In this document: piece after piece, positions 39,555-49,024 of the stretch | Numbering within the stretch: the first letter of the stretch is position 1 | Layout of the letters: every line of letters begins with the position of its first letter | Assembly (NCBI GenBank): GCA_964503265.1 | Contig: CAZCYO010000001.1 | Location: 98,064-162,063 of the forward strand | Source of the DNA: an uncultured Gammaproteobacteria bacterium | GTDB lineage: Bacteria; Patescibacteriota; Microgenomatia; Levybacterales; UBA12049 | Direction of reading: 5' to 3' | Length of the DNA: 64,000 nt | Notes under the pieces: model-generated | The model's input: the letters and a program-made list of their open reading frames with translations, nothing else | Told to the model about the DNA's origin: nothing | Databases searched by the model: none | Translations under genes and position numbers: made by a program

Positions 39555-40682
39555 ATGAAAATTGGAATTGACGTACGATTATGGAATGAAACTGGTGTTG
39601 GCAGGTATATACGAAACTTAATAACAGAACTTGCCCAAATAGATACTAAAAACACCTATGTTCTTTTCGTAAAAAAAGAAGATTATGGGACTATTAAAAA
39701 AAACACCCCTGATGGCTGGAAGATTGTACCTATTTCAATACAATGGCACTCAGTAAAAGAACAACTTTCTTTTCTCCCAATTCTTTATAAAGAGAATCTC
39801 GACCTGATGCATTTTCCTTATTTTTCTTTACCCGTATTATATCGTCGTCCTTTTGTCGTTACTATACATGATCTTATTATTCACTCATTTTCAACTGGCA
39901 AAGCATCTACTCTCCCATTACCACTGTATAAATTAAAACATTTTGCATACAAAAAAGTTATTGAACATGCTACAAAACAAGCGAAAAAAGTAATTGTTCC
40001 ACTTGATTCTGTAAAAAAAGAAGTTGAAAAAACGCTTTATATTCCACCAAGAAAAGTTGTAGTCACACATGAAGGATTTGATAAAAAAATTACACTAGAT
40101 TCAAACGACAAACCTCAGGATTCACGTTTAGATAACTATTTTTTGTACGTGGGGAATACCTATCCTCATAAAAATGTCCAGAAACTTATCGAAGGTTTTC
40201 TTGCATTTAGACACACTATAGAAAACGTATCATATTCATTGGTTATTGTAGGGAAAGAGGACTATTTTTCAAAAAAAATAAAAGAACAGTATAAAAAAGA
40301 ACAGAATATTATTTTTCTTCATAATGTGAGTGACAGTATGCTTGGATATTTGTATAATCATGCAATCGCTCTTGTATCAGCATCTTTGATGGAAGGATTT
40401 GGCCTTCCTTGTCTTGAAGCTGCTGAATGCGAATGTTTAGTCGCTGTCTCAGATATCCCAGCTTTTAAAGAGATTTGTGGGGAAAATGCACTATACTTTT
40501 CACCAGAAAGTACCGAAAGTATTTCAGATGTGTTTTCTAAAGTACTTTCTCTGAGTAGTGCAAAAAAGAAAGCATTTATTTTAGGAGGGAAAAGAAAGGC
40601 AAAAACATTCTCTTGGGAAAAAATGACGCGAGAAACAATTAGTATCTATGAAAGTTGCATTGGTATACGATCGAGTAAATAA
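39555..40682 (+). CDS. Family 4 (GT-B) glycosyltransferase
   Basis: MKIGIDVRLWNETGVGRYIRNLITEL and EGFGLPCLEAAECECLVAVSDIPAFKE. Confidence 0.8.
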   Translation: MKIGIDVRLWNETGVGRYIRNLITELAQIDTKNTYVLFVKKEDYGTIKKNTPDGWKIVPISIQWHSVKEQLSFLPILYKENLDLMHFPYFSLPVLYRRPFVVTIHDLIIHSFSTGKASTLPLPLYKLKHFAYKKVIEHATKQAKKVIVPLDSVKKEVEKTLYIPPRKVVVTHEGFDKKITLDSNDKPQDSRLDNYFLYVGNTYPHKNVQKLIEGFLAFRHTIENVSYSLVIVGKEDYFSKKIKEQYKKEQNIIFLHNVSDSMLGYLYNHAIALVSASLMEGFGLPCLEAAECECLVAVSDIPAFKEICGENALYFSPESTESISDVFSKVLSLSSAKKKAFILGGKRKAKTFSWEKMTRETISIYESCIGIRSSK

Positions 40683-41718
40683 ATGGGGAGGAGCTGAACG
40701 TGTTCTTCTCTCACTTCATAAACTTTTTCCTGACGCACCTATTTTTACTTCTGTTTATGATGCCGGAAATGCTTCATGGGCAGATTCTTTTGTCGTAAAA
40801 CCATCATTTTTACAGAAAATGAAAATTGCACGGAGATCTCATGAGGCTTTTGCGCTTTTTATGCCTATGGCTTTTGAAAGCTTCTCATTTAAAGAATATG
40901 ATGTTGTAATTTCGGTTACCAGTGAGGCAGCAAAAGGAATTATTACCTCACCCAATACACTTCATGTCTGTTACTGTTTGACACCTACCAGATATTTGTG
41001 GAGCGGCTACGATACCTATTTTAAAAATCCAATGTTAAAACAGCTCTCAAAACCTGCGGTGAAGTATCTTCGAAACTGGGATAAACGGGCTGCGCAACGT
41101 CCAGATAAGATTGTAGCAATTTCTCAAGAAGTGAAAGACAGAATCGCTACATATTACCAGCGAGATGCTCCGATAATTTATCCGCCAGTTAGTTTAGGTA
41201 AAAAAGTAAGTAGTAACGGTAAAAAAATAAAACAAGGTGATTATTTCCTTATTGTTTCACGACTGGTTGGATATAAACGTATTGATTTAGCAATCCAAGC
41301 GTGTAATAAGCTAAGATATAAACTAAAGATAATTGGAGTTGGTAGTGAAGAAAAACGCTTGAAGCAGATTGCTGGACCTACAATTGAATTCTTAGGCAAT
41401 ATTAGTGATCAAGAGCTTACATCACAGTATGAAAACTCAAAAGGATTAATTTTTCCTGGAGTCGAAGATTTTGGTATAACAGTTGTTGAGGCTCAGCGAT
41501 TTGGAAAACCGGTTCTAGCATTTTATGCAGGAGGGGCTAAAGAAACTATTCTATCTGGGAAGACAGGCATGTTTTTTGAAAAGCAAACTGTTGAAGACCT
41601 TGCAAAATCATTGAAAATGTTTAATACTTTTCGTTATACTAGTGAAGAATGTATAAATCAGGCTGAGAAATTTACTGAAAAGATTTTTCTTAAGAAATTT
41701 AGTACAATAATTAAATAA
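40648..41718 (+). CDS. Family 4 (GT-B) glycosyltransferase
   Basis: MKVALVYDRVNKWGGAERVLLSL N-terminus and a GT-B C-domain (EDFGITVVEAQRFGKPVLAF). Confidence 0.75.
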   Translation: MKVALVYDRVNKWGGAERVLLSLHKLFPDAPIFTSVYDAGNASWADSFVVKPSFLQKMKIARRSHEAFALFMPMAFESFSFKEYDVVISVTSEAAKGIITSPNTLHVCYCLTPTRYLWSGYDTYFKNPMLKQLSKPAVKYLRNWDKRAAQRPDKIVAISQEVKDRIATYYQRDAPIIYPPVSLGKKVSSNGKKIKQGDYFLIVSRLVGYKRIDLAIQACNKLRYKLKIIGVGSEEKRLKQIAGPTIEFLGNISDQELTSQYENSKGLIFPGVEDFGITVVEAQRFGKPVLAFYAGGAKETILSGKTGMFFEKQTVEDLAKSLKMFNTFRYTSEECINQAEKFTEKIFLKKFSTIIK

Positions 41719-41719
41719 T

Positions 41720-42805
41720 ATGAAAATCGTAATATTTGCAGGCGGTGTCGGGTCTCGACTTTGGCCACTTTCGCGACAAAACAGTCCAAAACAATTTGGA
41801 AAGATTGTGGATGATAAATCAACTCTTCAGAAAGCGATTGATAGACTTTTGCCAGAATTTAAGCCAGAAGATATTTTTGTAGCTACGGGAGCAAAATACA
41901 AAGACATCGTAATGGAACAGCTTGAGTTCCTTCCTAAAGATAATTTTCTCTTTGAACCAACTATGCGAGATGTAGGACCTGCTATTGGGCTTGCTGCATC
42001 AGTTTTAGAAAGTCGTTTTCCAGATGAGCCTATTGCTATTCTCTGGAGTGATCATTTAGTGAAAAATGAAGAAGAATTCCGAAATATTTTGCGATTAGCA
42101 GAAAAAAGAATAAATGAAAAGAAAGCTGATTTTATTTTTATCGCTCAGAAACCTCGATTTGCAAATGCTAATGTAGGTTGGATTAATATCGGAGAAAAAG
42201 TTGAATCAAAAGAAGGTAGAGCATCTGTTTATAAATTTGAAAAATTGATTTATGGACCTAATAAAGAACAAGCAGAAGAGTTTTTTGCTAGCCCAGATTT
42301 TGTTTGGAATTTAGGATATTTTGTAACTACTCCTAAGTTTTTATCTTCTTTATATAAAACTTTTGTTCCTGAGATGCATAATCAGTTGCAAACTATCGCT
42401 CAGGCTCGTGGGACTGAATCATTTGATCAGACGATAGAGGAAATTTATCCAACTCTTGAGAAAATTAGTTTTGATAATGCGATTCTTGAGAAAATGTCTC
42501 CTGATAATTTCTATGTGATTTCTGAGGATTTAGGATGGAGTGATATAGGGGCTTGGGATGCCATGAAAGAGGCACTTAGTGAATCAGAAGATGAGAATGT
42601 ATTAAAAGGGAAAGTAATGGTCGAAGATTCTCGTGATTCAATCCTCTATAACAGCACAAAGCAATTAGTCGTTGGAATTGATTTGGAAGGGATGGTTGTT
42701 GTTACTACTGACGATGTGATCCTCATTTGTCCAAAGGGGTCAGTTCCTAAAATTAAAAAATTCGTTTCAGGACTTAAAGGAACTCCTAATGAAAATCTGG
42801 CATGA
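41720..42805 (+). CDS. manC: Mannose-1-phosphate guanylyltransferase (GDP-mannose pyrophosphorylase, no PMI domain)
   Basis: MKIVIFAGGVGSRLWPLSRQNSPKQF signature N-terminus, 361 aa. Confidence 0.75.
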   Translation: MKIVIFAGGVGSRLWPLSRQNSPKQFGKIVDDKSTLQKAIDRLLPEFKPEDIFVATGAKYKDIVMEQLEFLPKDNFLFEPTMRDVGPAIGLAASVLESRFPDEPIAILWSDHLVKNEEEFRNILRLAEKRINEKKADFIFIAQKPRFANANVGWINIGEKVESKEGRASVYKFEKLIYGPNKEQAEEFFASPDFVWNLGYFVTTPKFLSSLYKTFVPEMHNQLQTIAQARGTESFDQTIEEIYPTLEKISFDNAILEKMSPDNFYVISEDLGWSDIGAWDAMKEALSESEDENVLKGKVMVEDSRDSILYNSTKQLVVGIDLEGMVVVTTDDVILICPKGSVPKIKKFVSGLKGTPNENLA

Positions 42806-43470
42806 GTGTTTACATTGAAATAAAGAAACATCGAGGATACGAGTTCTTCAAACGATCGATTGATGTTATTTTTTCTGTTATTCTTCTTATTTTTTTCTTT
42901 CCCATAATAATTCTAGTCGCTATTGCTATAAAACTTGATACCCCAGGACCTGTGTTTGCTGATACTCCTTCACGTGTCGGAAAGAATGGAAAGCTATTTA
43001 AAATGTTTAAATTTCGTTCAATGGTTCAAAACGCACATGAGTTACTTCGTGAAGACCCACATTTTAAAAAACTGTATGAAGATTATAAACTTGGGAGTTA
43101 TAAGCTAAAAAATGATCCTCGAGTGACAAATGTAGGGAAATTTATTCGCAAGCATTCTCTTGATGAAATTCCACAATTACTAAATATTATTAAAGGCGAT
43201 ATGAGCTTAGTAGGTCCACGTGCGTATTACCCAGATGAACTCAACGATCAACAAAAAAAATATCCTGATACCCAAGATTCAGTAAAAATTGTGCTTTCTA
43301 TTCGTCCGGGAGCTACAGGATATTGGCAAGTATCTGGGAGAAGTGAAATTAACTTTGATAAACGAATCCAAATGGATGCAGAATATGTAGAGAATAGATC
43401 ATTTTTCTACGATCTAGAGATTATTCTTCGAACACCCTGGGCGATGATTTCAGGGAAAGGTGCTCACTAG
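42802..43470 (+). CDS. Polyprenyl-phosphate sugar-phosphate transferase (PglC/WbaP C-domain type initiating phosphoglycosyltransferase)
   Basis: A single N-terminal re-entrant helix followed by KMFKFRSM and [21 protein letters not shown], the bacterial sugar transferase signature. Confidence 0.9.
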   Translation: MSVYIEIKKHRGYEFFKRSIDVIFSVILLIFFFPIIILVAIAIKLDTPGPVFADTPSRVGKNGKLFKMFKFRSMVQNAHELLREDPHFKKLYEDYKLGSYKLKNDPRVTNVGKFIRKHSLDEIPQLLNIIKGDMSLVGPRAYYPDELNDQQKKYPDTQDSVKIVLSIRPGATGYWQVSGRSEINFDKRIQMDAEYVENRSFFYDLEIILRTPWAMISGKGAH

Positions 43471-43522
43471 GTATGTGCAGCACTGTTTGACAAATTATTG
43501 AGAAGTTGGGTATGATTGACTA

Positions 43523-45505
43523 ATGCAAGACTTCCAGAAATTTGAGTTAAGCACAGATATGCCTGAAGAGGTCAGTGGTAATGAAGAAAACATGAAAGTA
43601 GGAACAGATATGGCTAAAAGAAGAACTGCTCGTAGAATTCGTTCTCCTAAGAATCTGGGTGTAATTATTGGTGGTATTGTTGTGTTTCTGTTATTCTCTG
43701 TGTTCACGTTAGTTCTCCCAGCATACAAAACATATAAATCAGGCCTTGTGACGTATAAACAAGCAAAATTATTTGCTGCTGCGATGAAAAATCAAAATGT
43801 AGATTTAGCATCTATTGAACTTGTGAAAACAAAAAGTGACTTAGCTGATACACAAAAAAACCTCCGTTCTCTCATTGTTGCTAAATTTATTCCAGTAGTT
43901 AATTTTTATTATAACGATGCTGAACATGCAATGAAAGCTGGTGCTGCGGGACTTGATGCGGCTACGATTGCAATTGATGCCTTAAAGCCTTATGCAGATG
44001 TATTAGGGCTTAAAGGTGAAGGAAGTTTTGCATCGGGTTCTTCGCAGGATCGTATTAAAACTGCAGTCATGACAATGGGAAAAATAACACCCAAGATAGA
44101 TGAAATTGCGAAAAATTTCGATACAGTTCAAGCAGAAATTGATAAAGTAAATCCTAATCATTATCCAGCATTTATTTTTGGTTCAAAAGTTAAAAATCAA
44201 TTAACACAAGTCCGAGACTTAACTGATCAAGGAGCAATTTTTATTAGAGATGCAAGGCCGTTAATTAAAGTACTTCCATCTCTTTTAGGAGAAAAAGAAG
44301 ATAAAAAATATTTAGTACTTTTCCAAAATGATAAAGAACTTCGTGCTACTGGTGGATTTATTACAGCGTATGCAATTTTTAAGATTGATAAAGGACAGAT
44401 TAGTGCTGAAAAATCAGAAGATATCTATGCATTAGATGCTAGTATCCCAAAACCTAAAGCACCACGAATTATTGCTAATTATCTCCCGAAAGTTTATACC
44501 TTTAATCTTCGAGACTCAAACCTTTCCCCAGACTATATAGAGTCTATGAAGACTTTCCGTGCAATGTATGAGCAATCTCCTCAAGCACAAGATGTCGATG
44601 GAATTATTGCAATTGATACATATGTTTTAACATCAATTATAAAAATTCTTGACGATCAAGTTCAAGCAGGTGGTCTAACATTTACAACAAAACCTGATAG
44701 TAGATGTGGTGGATGTCCTCAAGTTATTTATGATCTTGAAGATAACATTTCTCGACCTGTTAATTATATTAAAACAGATCGTAAAGGACTTCTTGGACAA
44801 CTTCTTCAGGCAATTATGAGTAAAGCGCTTTCATCATCCCCTAAACTATACTGGGGTCCTTTATTTCAAGCAGCAATTGCCCAGACGAATCAAAAACATG
44901 TTCTTTTCTATCTGTATGATAAAGATGCTCAATCAGGAATTGAGTCACTTAAAGCTGGTGGTCGTATCCAGGATTTTACTGATAAGGGGGACTATCTCCA
45001 CATTAACGACACTAACTTCGGTGGTGCTAAATCAAATCTCTTTATTCAGCAAACAGTTGAGAATAACTATAAGGTTGATAGTGATGGGAGTATTATTAAA
45101 ACAATTACGATTAAATATAAAAATCCACAAGCCCCATCAGACTGTAACTTAGAGAGAGGTGCTCTTTGTCTTAATGCTGAAAATCGTGATCTTGTTCGAA
45201 TATATGTTCCTAAAGGAAGTGAGCTAATTCGTGAAGACTCAAAAGGTTCTCAAGTAAAGATCATGACCTATGATGAGCTGGGTAAGACTGTAATTGAAGG
45301 ATTCTTAACTATTAGACCGTTAGGATCTGCGTCATATACAGTGTCTTACAGGCTTCCATTTAAAGTCTCACGAGGATCCCCACTCCCTGTGCTTATTCAA
45401 AAGCAACCTGGAACTGATGGTAATGCATACACGACTGTCGTAAATGGTAAAACTGTTGATACATTTAACCTCTACGCGGATAAAGAACTCAAGATTAGCT
45501 TATAG
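43523..45505 (+). CDS. Hypothetical. A basic N-terminal tail, one TM helix and a roughly 590-aa extracytoplasmic domain. Conserved partner of polysaccharide loci.
   Basis: 660 aa. RRTARRIRSPKNLGVIIGGIVVFLLFSVFTLVLPAY is the only TM segment. The gene follows the initiating transferase. Confidence 0.5.
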   Translation: MQDFQKFELSTDMPEEVSGNEENMKVGTDMAKRRTARRIRSPKNLGVIIGGIVVFLLFSVFTLVLPAYKTYKSGLVTYKQAKLFAAAMKNQNVDLASIELVKTKSDLADTQKNLRSLIVAKFIPVVNFYYNDAEHAMKAGAAGLDAATIAIDALKPYADVLGLKGEGSFASGSSQDRIKTAVMTMGKITPKIDEIAKNFDTVQAEIDKVNPNHYPAFIFGSKVKNQLTQVRDLTDQGAIFIRDARPLIKVLPSLLGEKEDKKYLVLFQNDKELRATGGFITAYAIFKIDKGQISAEKSEDIYALDASIPKPKAPRIIANYLPKVYTFNLRDSNLSPDYIESMKTFRAMYEQSPQAQDVDGIIAIDTYVLTSIIKILDDQVQAGGLTFTTKPDSRCGGCPQVIYDLEDNISRPVNYIKTDRKGLLGQLLQAIMSKALSSSPKLYWGPLFQAAIAQTNQKHVLFYLYDKDAQSGIESLKAGGRIQDFTDKGDYLHINDTNFGGAKSNLFIQQTVENNYKVDSDGSIIKTITIKYKNPQAPSDCNLERGALCLNAENRDLVRIYVPKGSELIREDSKGSQVKIMTYDELGKTVIEGFLTIRPLGSASYTVSYRLPFKVSRGSPLPVLIQKQPGTDGNAYTTVVNGKTVDTFNLYADKELKISL

Positions 45506-45610
45506 CGTGTTTAGTTAACAAATAGTATAGCTTCGAATGTTTGCAAACACCAGATTATTCTTTATTATTTTCATCTCTAAACGCTTAACGCTATACTCTA
45601 AACGCTAATT

Positions 45611-46156
45611 ATGAGAACTCTTAAGACTGAAGGGATTATTATTAAACGTCGTAATAGTGGTGAGGCAGATAGATTTGTCACCATATTTACAAAAGATTTA
45701 GGTAAAATTTCAGTAAAAGCTCAAGGAGTCAGAAAAATTGCCAGTAAACGTTCCTCACATATCGAACTTCTCAATCATTCAATTCTTTCTTTATATAAAG
45801 GAGCAAAGTATCCAACGCTTATCGAAGTACAAACCATTCAAGATTTTTCAGATATTAAATCAGATTTAGATAAAGTAGGTTTTGCATTTCATATCTGTGA
45901 GCTTATCGACGGGCTCTGTCCTGAAAACCAAGAAAATCCAGAGATTTATACACTGCTTAAAAATACGCTTGAGAAGTTAGCATATGTCGAAGATATGGCG
46001 ATTTTTATGCACGGATTTGAAGTGGAATTATTAACGTTATTAGGTTTCTGGTATCAAAGTGTGGACGCAGCGAAAAATCTCGACACGCATAACTTTATAG
46101 AAGGCATTTTAGAGCGGAAACTTAAGTCCCATAAAATATTCTCAAAGATGCAGTAA
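45611..46156 (+). CDS. recO: DNA repair protein RecO (short form)
   Basis: EGIIIKRRNSGEADRFVTIFTKDLGKISVKAQGVRK is the RecO N-terminal OB-fold signature. The protein is 181 aa and lacks the usual C-terminal extension. Confidence 0.7.
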   Translation: MRTLKTEGIIIKRRNSGEADRFVTIFTKDLGKISVKAQGVRKIASKRSSHIELLNHSILSLYKGAKYPTLIEVQTIQDFSDIKSDLDKVGFAFHICELIDGLCPENQENPEIYTLLKNTLEKLAYVEDMAIFMHGFEVELLTLLGFWYQSVDAAKNLDTHNFIEGILERKLKSHKIFSKMQ

Positions 46157-46299
46157 ATTTAATGTCATTGCGAGGAAATATATACAATTATGTCATCCCA
46201 AACTTGATTCAGGATGACAGATTTATTGTTATTTATCCTAAATAAATACAATCGATTATTTCTTTCGCTTCGTAATGTTTTCTGCTATCATAGGCTCAT

Positions 46300-47766
46300 A
46301 TGGATGAGAAAAAGTTAACTATGGAAAAAGTCACAGCTCTCGCGAAACGTCGTGGGTTTATTTACCCAGGATCCGAACTCTATGGGGGAGTGGCAAATAC
46401 GTATGATTACGGGCCTGTGGGTGTGGAACTGCTTCGAAATATTCGAAATCTTTGGTGGGATACATTTGTTCATAAACGAGATGATATGGTCGGACTTGAA
46501 GCAAATGTCATTTCACACCATAAAATCTGGGAAGCATCAGGACATACAGCTGGGTTTGCTGATGCACTTATTGATTGTAAAAACTGTAAACACCGCATGC
46601 GAGCAGATCACTTGATTGAGGATTTTATTGAAAATAAAAAAGAAGATACAAAGATTCGTGAGACTCTTGAGCAAGTTACCGATAAGAGCTTTAAACAAGA
46701 TGCTCAGAAAGCTTTTGAATCCGGAAAAGTAGAAGGATGGAGTACTGAAAAACTTTCTGAGTTCGTGAGTATTTTTACTATTTCCTGTCCAAATTGTAAA
46801 AAGTCCGACTGGACTGCTGTTCGTAAATTTAACCAACTTTTTCCAGTAAATCTTGGAATAGTCGCTGGGGATGATTCTTTGGCATATCTCAGGGGAGAAA
46901 CTGCACAGGGGATGTTTACTGATTTTAAAAATATCGTTGACTCGACGCGTGTCAGACTTCCGTTTGGGGTGGCTCAAAACGGAAAGAGTTTTCGTAATGA
47001 AATTACTCCTGGAAATTCAGTATTTAGAACGCTCGTTTTTGAACAGGCAGAAATTGAATACTTTTTTGATGAGAAGAAAAGTGATTGGAATGAATTATTT
47101 GAAAACTGGAAAAAAGAAATGTATGCCTTCGTAACGAAATCACTTGGAATTAAGGAAGAAAACGTGAGATGGCGTGAGCATACTGACGAAGAGCGATCAT
47201 TTTATAGTAAAAGAACAGAAGATCTTGAATATAATTATCCATTTGGTTTTAAAGAACTCTGGGGACTCGCATATAGAACAAACTATGATCTCTCGCAGCA
47301 TCAGAAATACTCAGGCAAGGATTTAACGATCGTCGATCCATACACACAGGAAAAGATCTTACCGCATGTCATAGAGCCGGCTGTGGGCGTAGATAGACTT
47401 CTTCTTATGGTGTTATGTGATGCATATTATGAAGATGAAAAGCGAGTGGTTTTGAAGATTGCTCCTAAACTTGCTCCAAATAAAGTGGCTGTATTTCCAC
47501 TAGTGGCAAATAAAGAAGATATTACGGGTAAAGCAAAAGAAGTCTACGAACTGCTTAAAAAGGAAATGGTTACGACATTTGATGATAGAGGAAATATCGG
47601 GAAGAGATATCTCTATCAGGACGAAATCGGTACACCGTACTGTGTGACTGTAGATTATCAAACGCTTGAGGATGGTACTGTCACGATTCGAGATCGAGAT
47701 ACTGCTGAGCAGGAGAGAGTAGCTGTAGATTCTCTTATTGCTCATCTTATAAATAAGCTTAGCTAA
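46300..47766 (+). CDS. glyQS: Glycine--tRNA ligase (alpha2 type)
   Basis: LAKRRGFIYPGSELYGGVANTYDYGPVGVELLRNIRNLWW and the class II core motifs. Confidence 0.9.
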   Translation: MDEKKLTMEKVTALAKRRGFIYPGSELYGGVANTYDYGPVGVELLRNIRNLWWDTFVHKRDDMVGLEANVISHHKIWEASGHTAGFADALIDCKNCKHRMRADHLIEDFIENKKEDTKIRETLEQVTDKSFKQDAQKAFESGKVEGWSTEKLSEFVSIFTISCPNCKKSDWTAVRKFNQLFPVNLGIVAGDDSLAYLRGETAQGMFTDFKNIVDSTRVRLPFGVAQNGKSFRNEITPGNSVFRTLVFEQAEIEYFFDEKKSDWNELFENWKKEMYAFVTKSLGIKEENVRWREHTDEERSFYSKRTEDLEYNYPFGFKELWGLAYRTNYDLSQHQKYSGKDLTIVDPYTQEKILPHVIEPAVGVDRLLLMVLCDAYYEDEKRVVLKIAPKLAPNKVAVFPLVANKEDITGKAKEVYELLKKEMVTTFDDRGNIGKRYLYQDEIGTPYCVTVDYQTLEDGTVTIRDRDTAEQERVAVDSLIAHLINKLS

Positions 47767-47772
47767 CTCGTC

Positions 47773-47801
47773 ATTCTCGACTTGATCGAGAATCTTTTCG
47801 G
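47773..47801 (+). terminator. Candidate intrinsic terminator after glyQS
   Basis: 8-bp stem ATTCTCGA/TCGAGAAT with a 5-nt loop, followed by CTTTTC. Confidence 0.4.
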
Positions 47802-47877
47802 TAACTCCTTAGATAAGGGAATGTCTAATAGATTCCCATTTTCATGGGAATGACAGTTGCATTGTGTATATAACTTA

Positions 47878-47905
47878 TTGACAAGCACTTAGAAGTTGCT
47901 ACAAT
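47878..47905 (+). promoter_or_regulatory. Sigma70-type promoter TTGACA-16-TACAAT. The ATG at 47916 follows about 10 nt later, so the transcript is near-leaderless.
   Basis: Exact -35 hexamer at 47878-47883, a 16-nt spacer, and TACAAT at 47900-47905. Confidence 0.5.
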
Positions 47906-47915
47906 TTTAACAGAT

Positions 47916-48422
47916 ATGGATAAATTCCTTAAAAATAAATCACTGATGATCGGAGTAGTTGCGCTTGTACTTGTCTTAGTTGTCGGTGGTTATTATGTTC
48001 TTTCTTCAACGAAAAAAGCTGCTAGTCCTACAGAAACGGCTGAAGACCAAGTAATTCTTGATATGAAGCCAGAAGATATGGGATTGTCTCTCGCTCTGTC
48101 TCCTGATAATAAAAAAGTGAAGTTTAAGGCAGATAAACTAGCTGGAGTATCACATCTTGAATGGGAATTCTCTTATGACGCTAATATACCAGCTGACGCA
48201 GCAGAAGGTGGTTCAGCAGATGGTGGTAAAGTAACGCAATCATTTGGTGGTGAAACTGATGTAACTGGTAATACCTATGAATCAGTATTTCGAGAAATTG
48301 GAACTTGTTCAACTGGTGGAAAATGCCGATATGATACAGGTGTAGAAAAAGTAGATATTCTCATTAAAGTGACCAAATCTGACGGTAAAATCTATCAAGT
48401 AAAAGACAGCATCTCCCTCTAG
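47916..48422 (+). CDS. Hypothetical membrane-anchored or secreted protein
   Basis: 168 aa. N-terminal TM/signal segment (LMIGVVALVLVLVVGGYYVL) and a Gly/Asp-rich ectodomain. Confidence 0.5.
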   Translation: MDKFLKNKSLMIGVVALVLVLVVGGYYVLSSTKKAASPTETAEDQVILDMKPEDMGLSLALSPDNKKVKFKADKLAGVSHLEWEFSYDANIPADAAEGGSADGGKVTQSFGGETDVTGNTYESVFREIGTCSTGGKCRYDTGVEKVDILIKVTKSDGKIYQVKDSISL

Positions 48423-48546
48423 AAAATAAACTCATAGTTTGATTTTATTAATTTCTTCTGTTATTATCCTGCTACTTGTAATACGTATATAGCATACACG
48501 CTTGCTGTATATAGTATTATCTCGTATGGAGGGTTACGTGAGTCGT

Positions 48547-48867
48547 ATGTCTGTAACAGTTGTTGCCGAATGCGAAGATGGACAAGTGATTGCTCTTAAT
48601 GAACAGAGTGGTCGTTTGTTCAAGGGTTCGGCAGACGCAATGTCCGCACTGGACTTCGGCGGGAGTGTCCTGACGACCATGAACAACGAATCGACCTACT
48701 TTACCGGAGAAGGAGATTTCTTTGTCAACAGGAGTAATTATCAGTTGACGACTGCGACCTGGAATGGGCGTAGCGTCAATCTCCTGAACGCAGAAGGCTT
48801 CGATATCGTCGAAGACGATCGTGGAGTCTTCAAGCTCACGGACAAAGTCATCGACTACTCGATCTAA
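48547..48867 (+). CDS. Hypothetical acidic protein encoded in a GC-rich foreign-looking segment
   Basis: The segment is roughly 50% GC and uses GC-rich codons (GAC, GTC, CTG, ACG, TCG). A GGAGGG SD motif lies 12 nt upstream of the ATG, which is unique in this window, and a strong intrinsic terminator follows immediately. The track starts the ORF at 48502 with TTG. Confidence 0.4.
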   Translation: MSVTVVAECEDGQVIALNEQSGRLFKGSADAMSALDFGGSVLTTMNNESTYFTGEGDFFVNRSNYQLTTATWNGRSVNLLNAEGFDIVEDDRGVFKLTDKVIDYSI

Positions 48868-48894
48868 CCACTCTCTCACAAGTAACGTGCTTTT

Positions 48895-48940
48895 GGCACC
48901 CTTGGACATCATGTCTCGGGGTGCCTTTTTCGTTTTTTTT
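48895..48940 (+). terminator. Rho-independent terminator
   Basis: GGCACCC...GACA-TCA-TGTC...GGGTGCC hairpin followed by TTTTTCGTTTTTTTT. Confidence 0.7.
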
Positions 48941-48979
48941 ATTTTCACAGTATGTATTTGTATACAAATTTGTGAAAAT

Positions 48980-49009
48980 TGTTGACATAAACCCGCTTTA
49001 TATCTCATA
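48980..49009 (+). promoter_or_regulatory. Candidate Pmra promoter (TTGACA-18-CATACT) for the mraZ operon
   Basis: Perfect -35 at 48980-48985 and a 4/6 match -10 at 49004-49009. Confidence 0.4.
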
Positions 49010-49024
49010 CTATCTATTAGTAAT

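Noticed and set aside
46157-46299. A possible T-box riboswitch leader upstream of glyQS.
   Set aside because: The leader is only about 140 nt. It has no recognisable specifier-loop, T-box consensus or antiterminator. There is only a simple 8-bp hairpin at 46189-46217.
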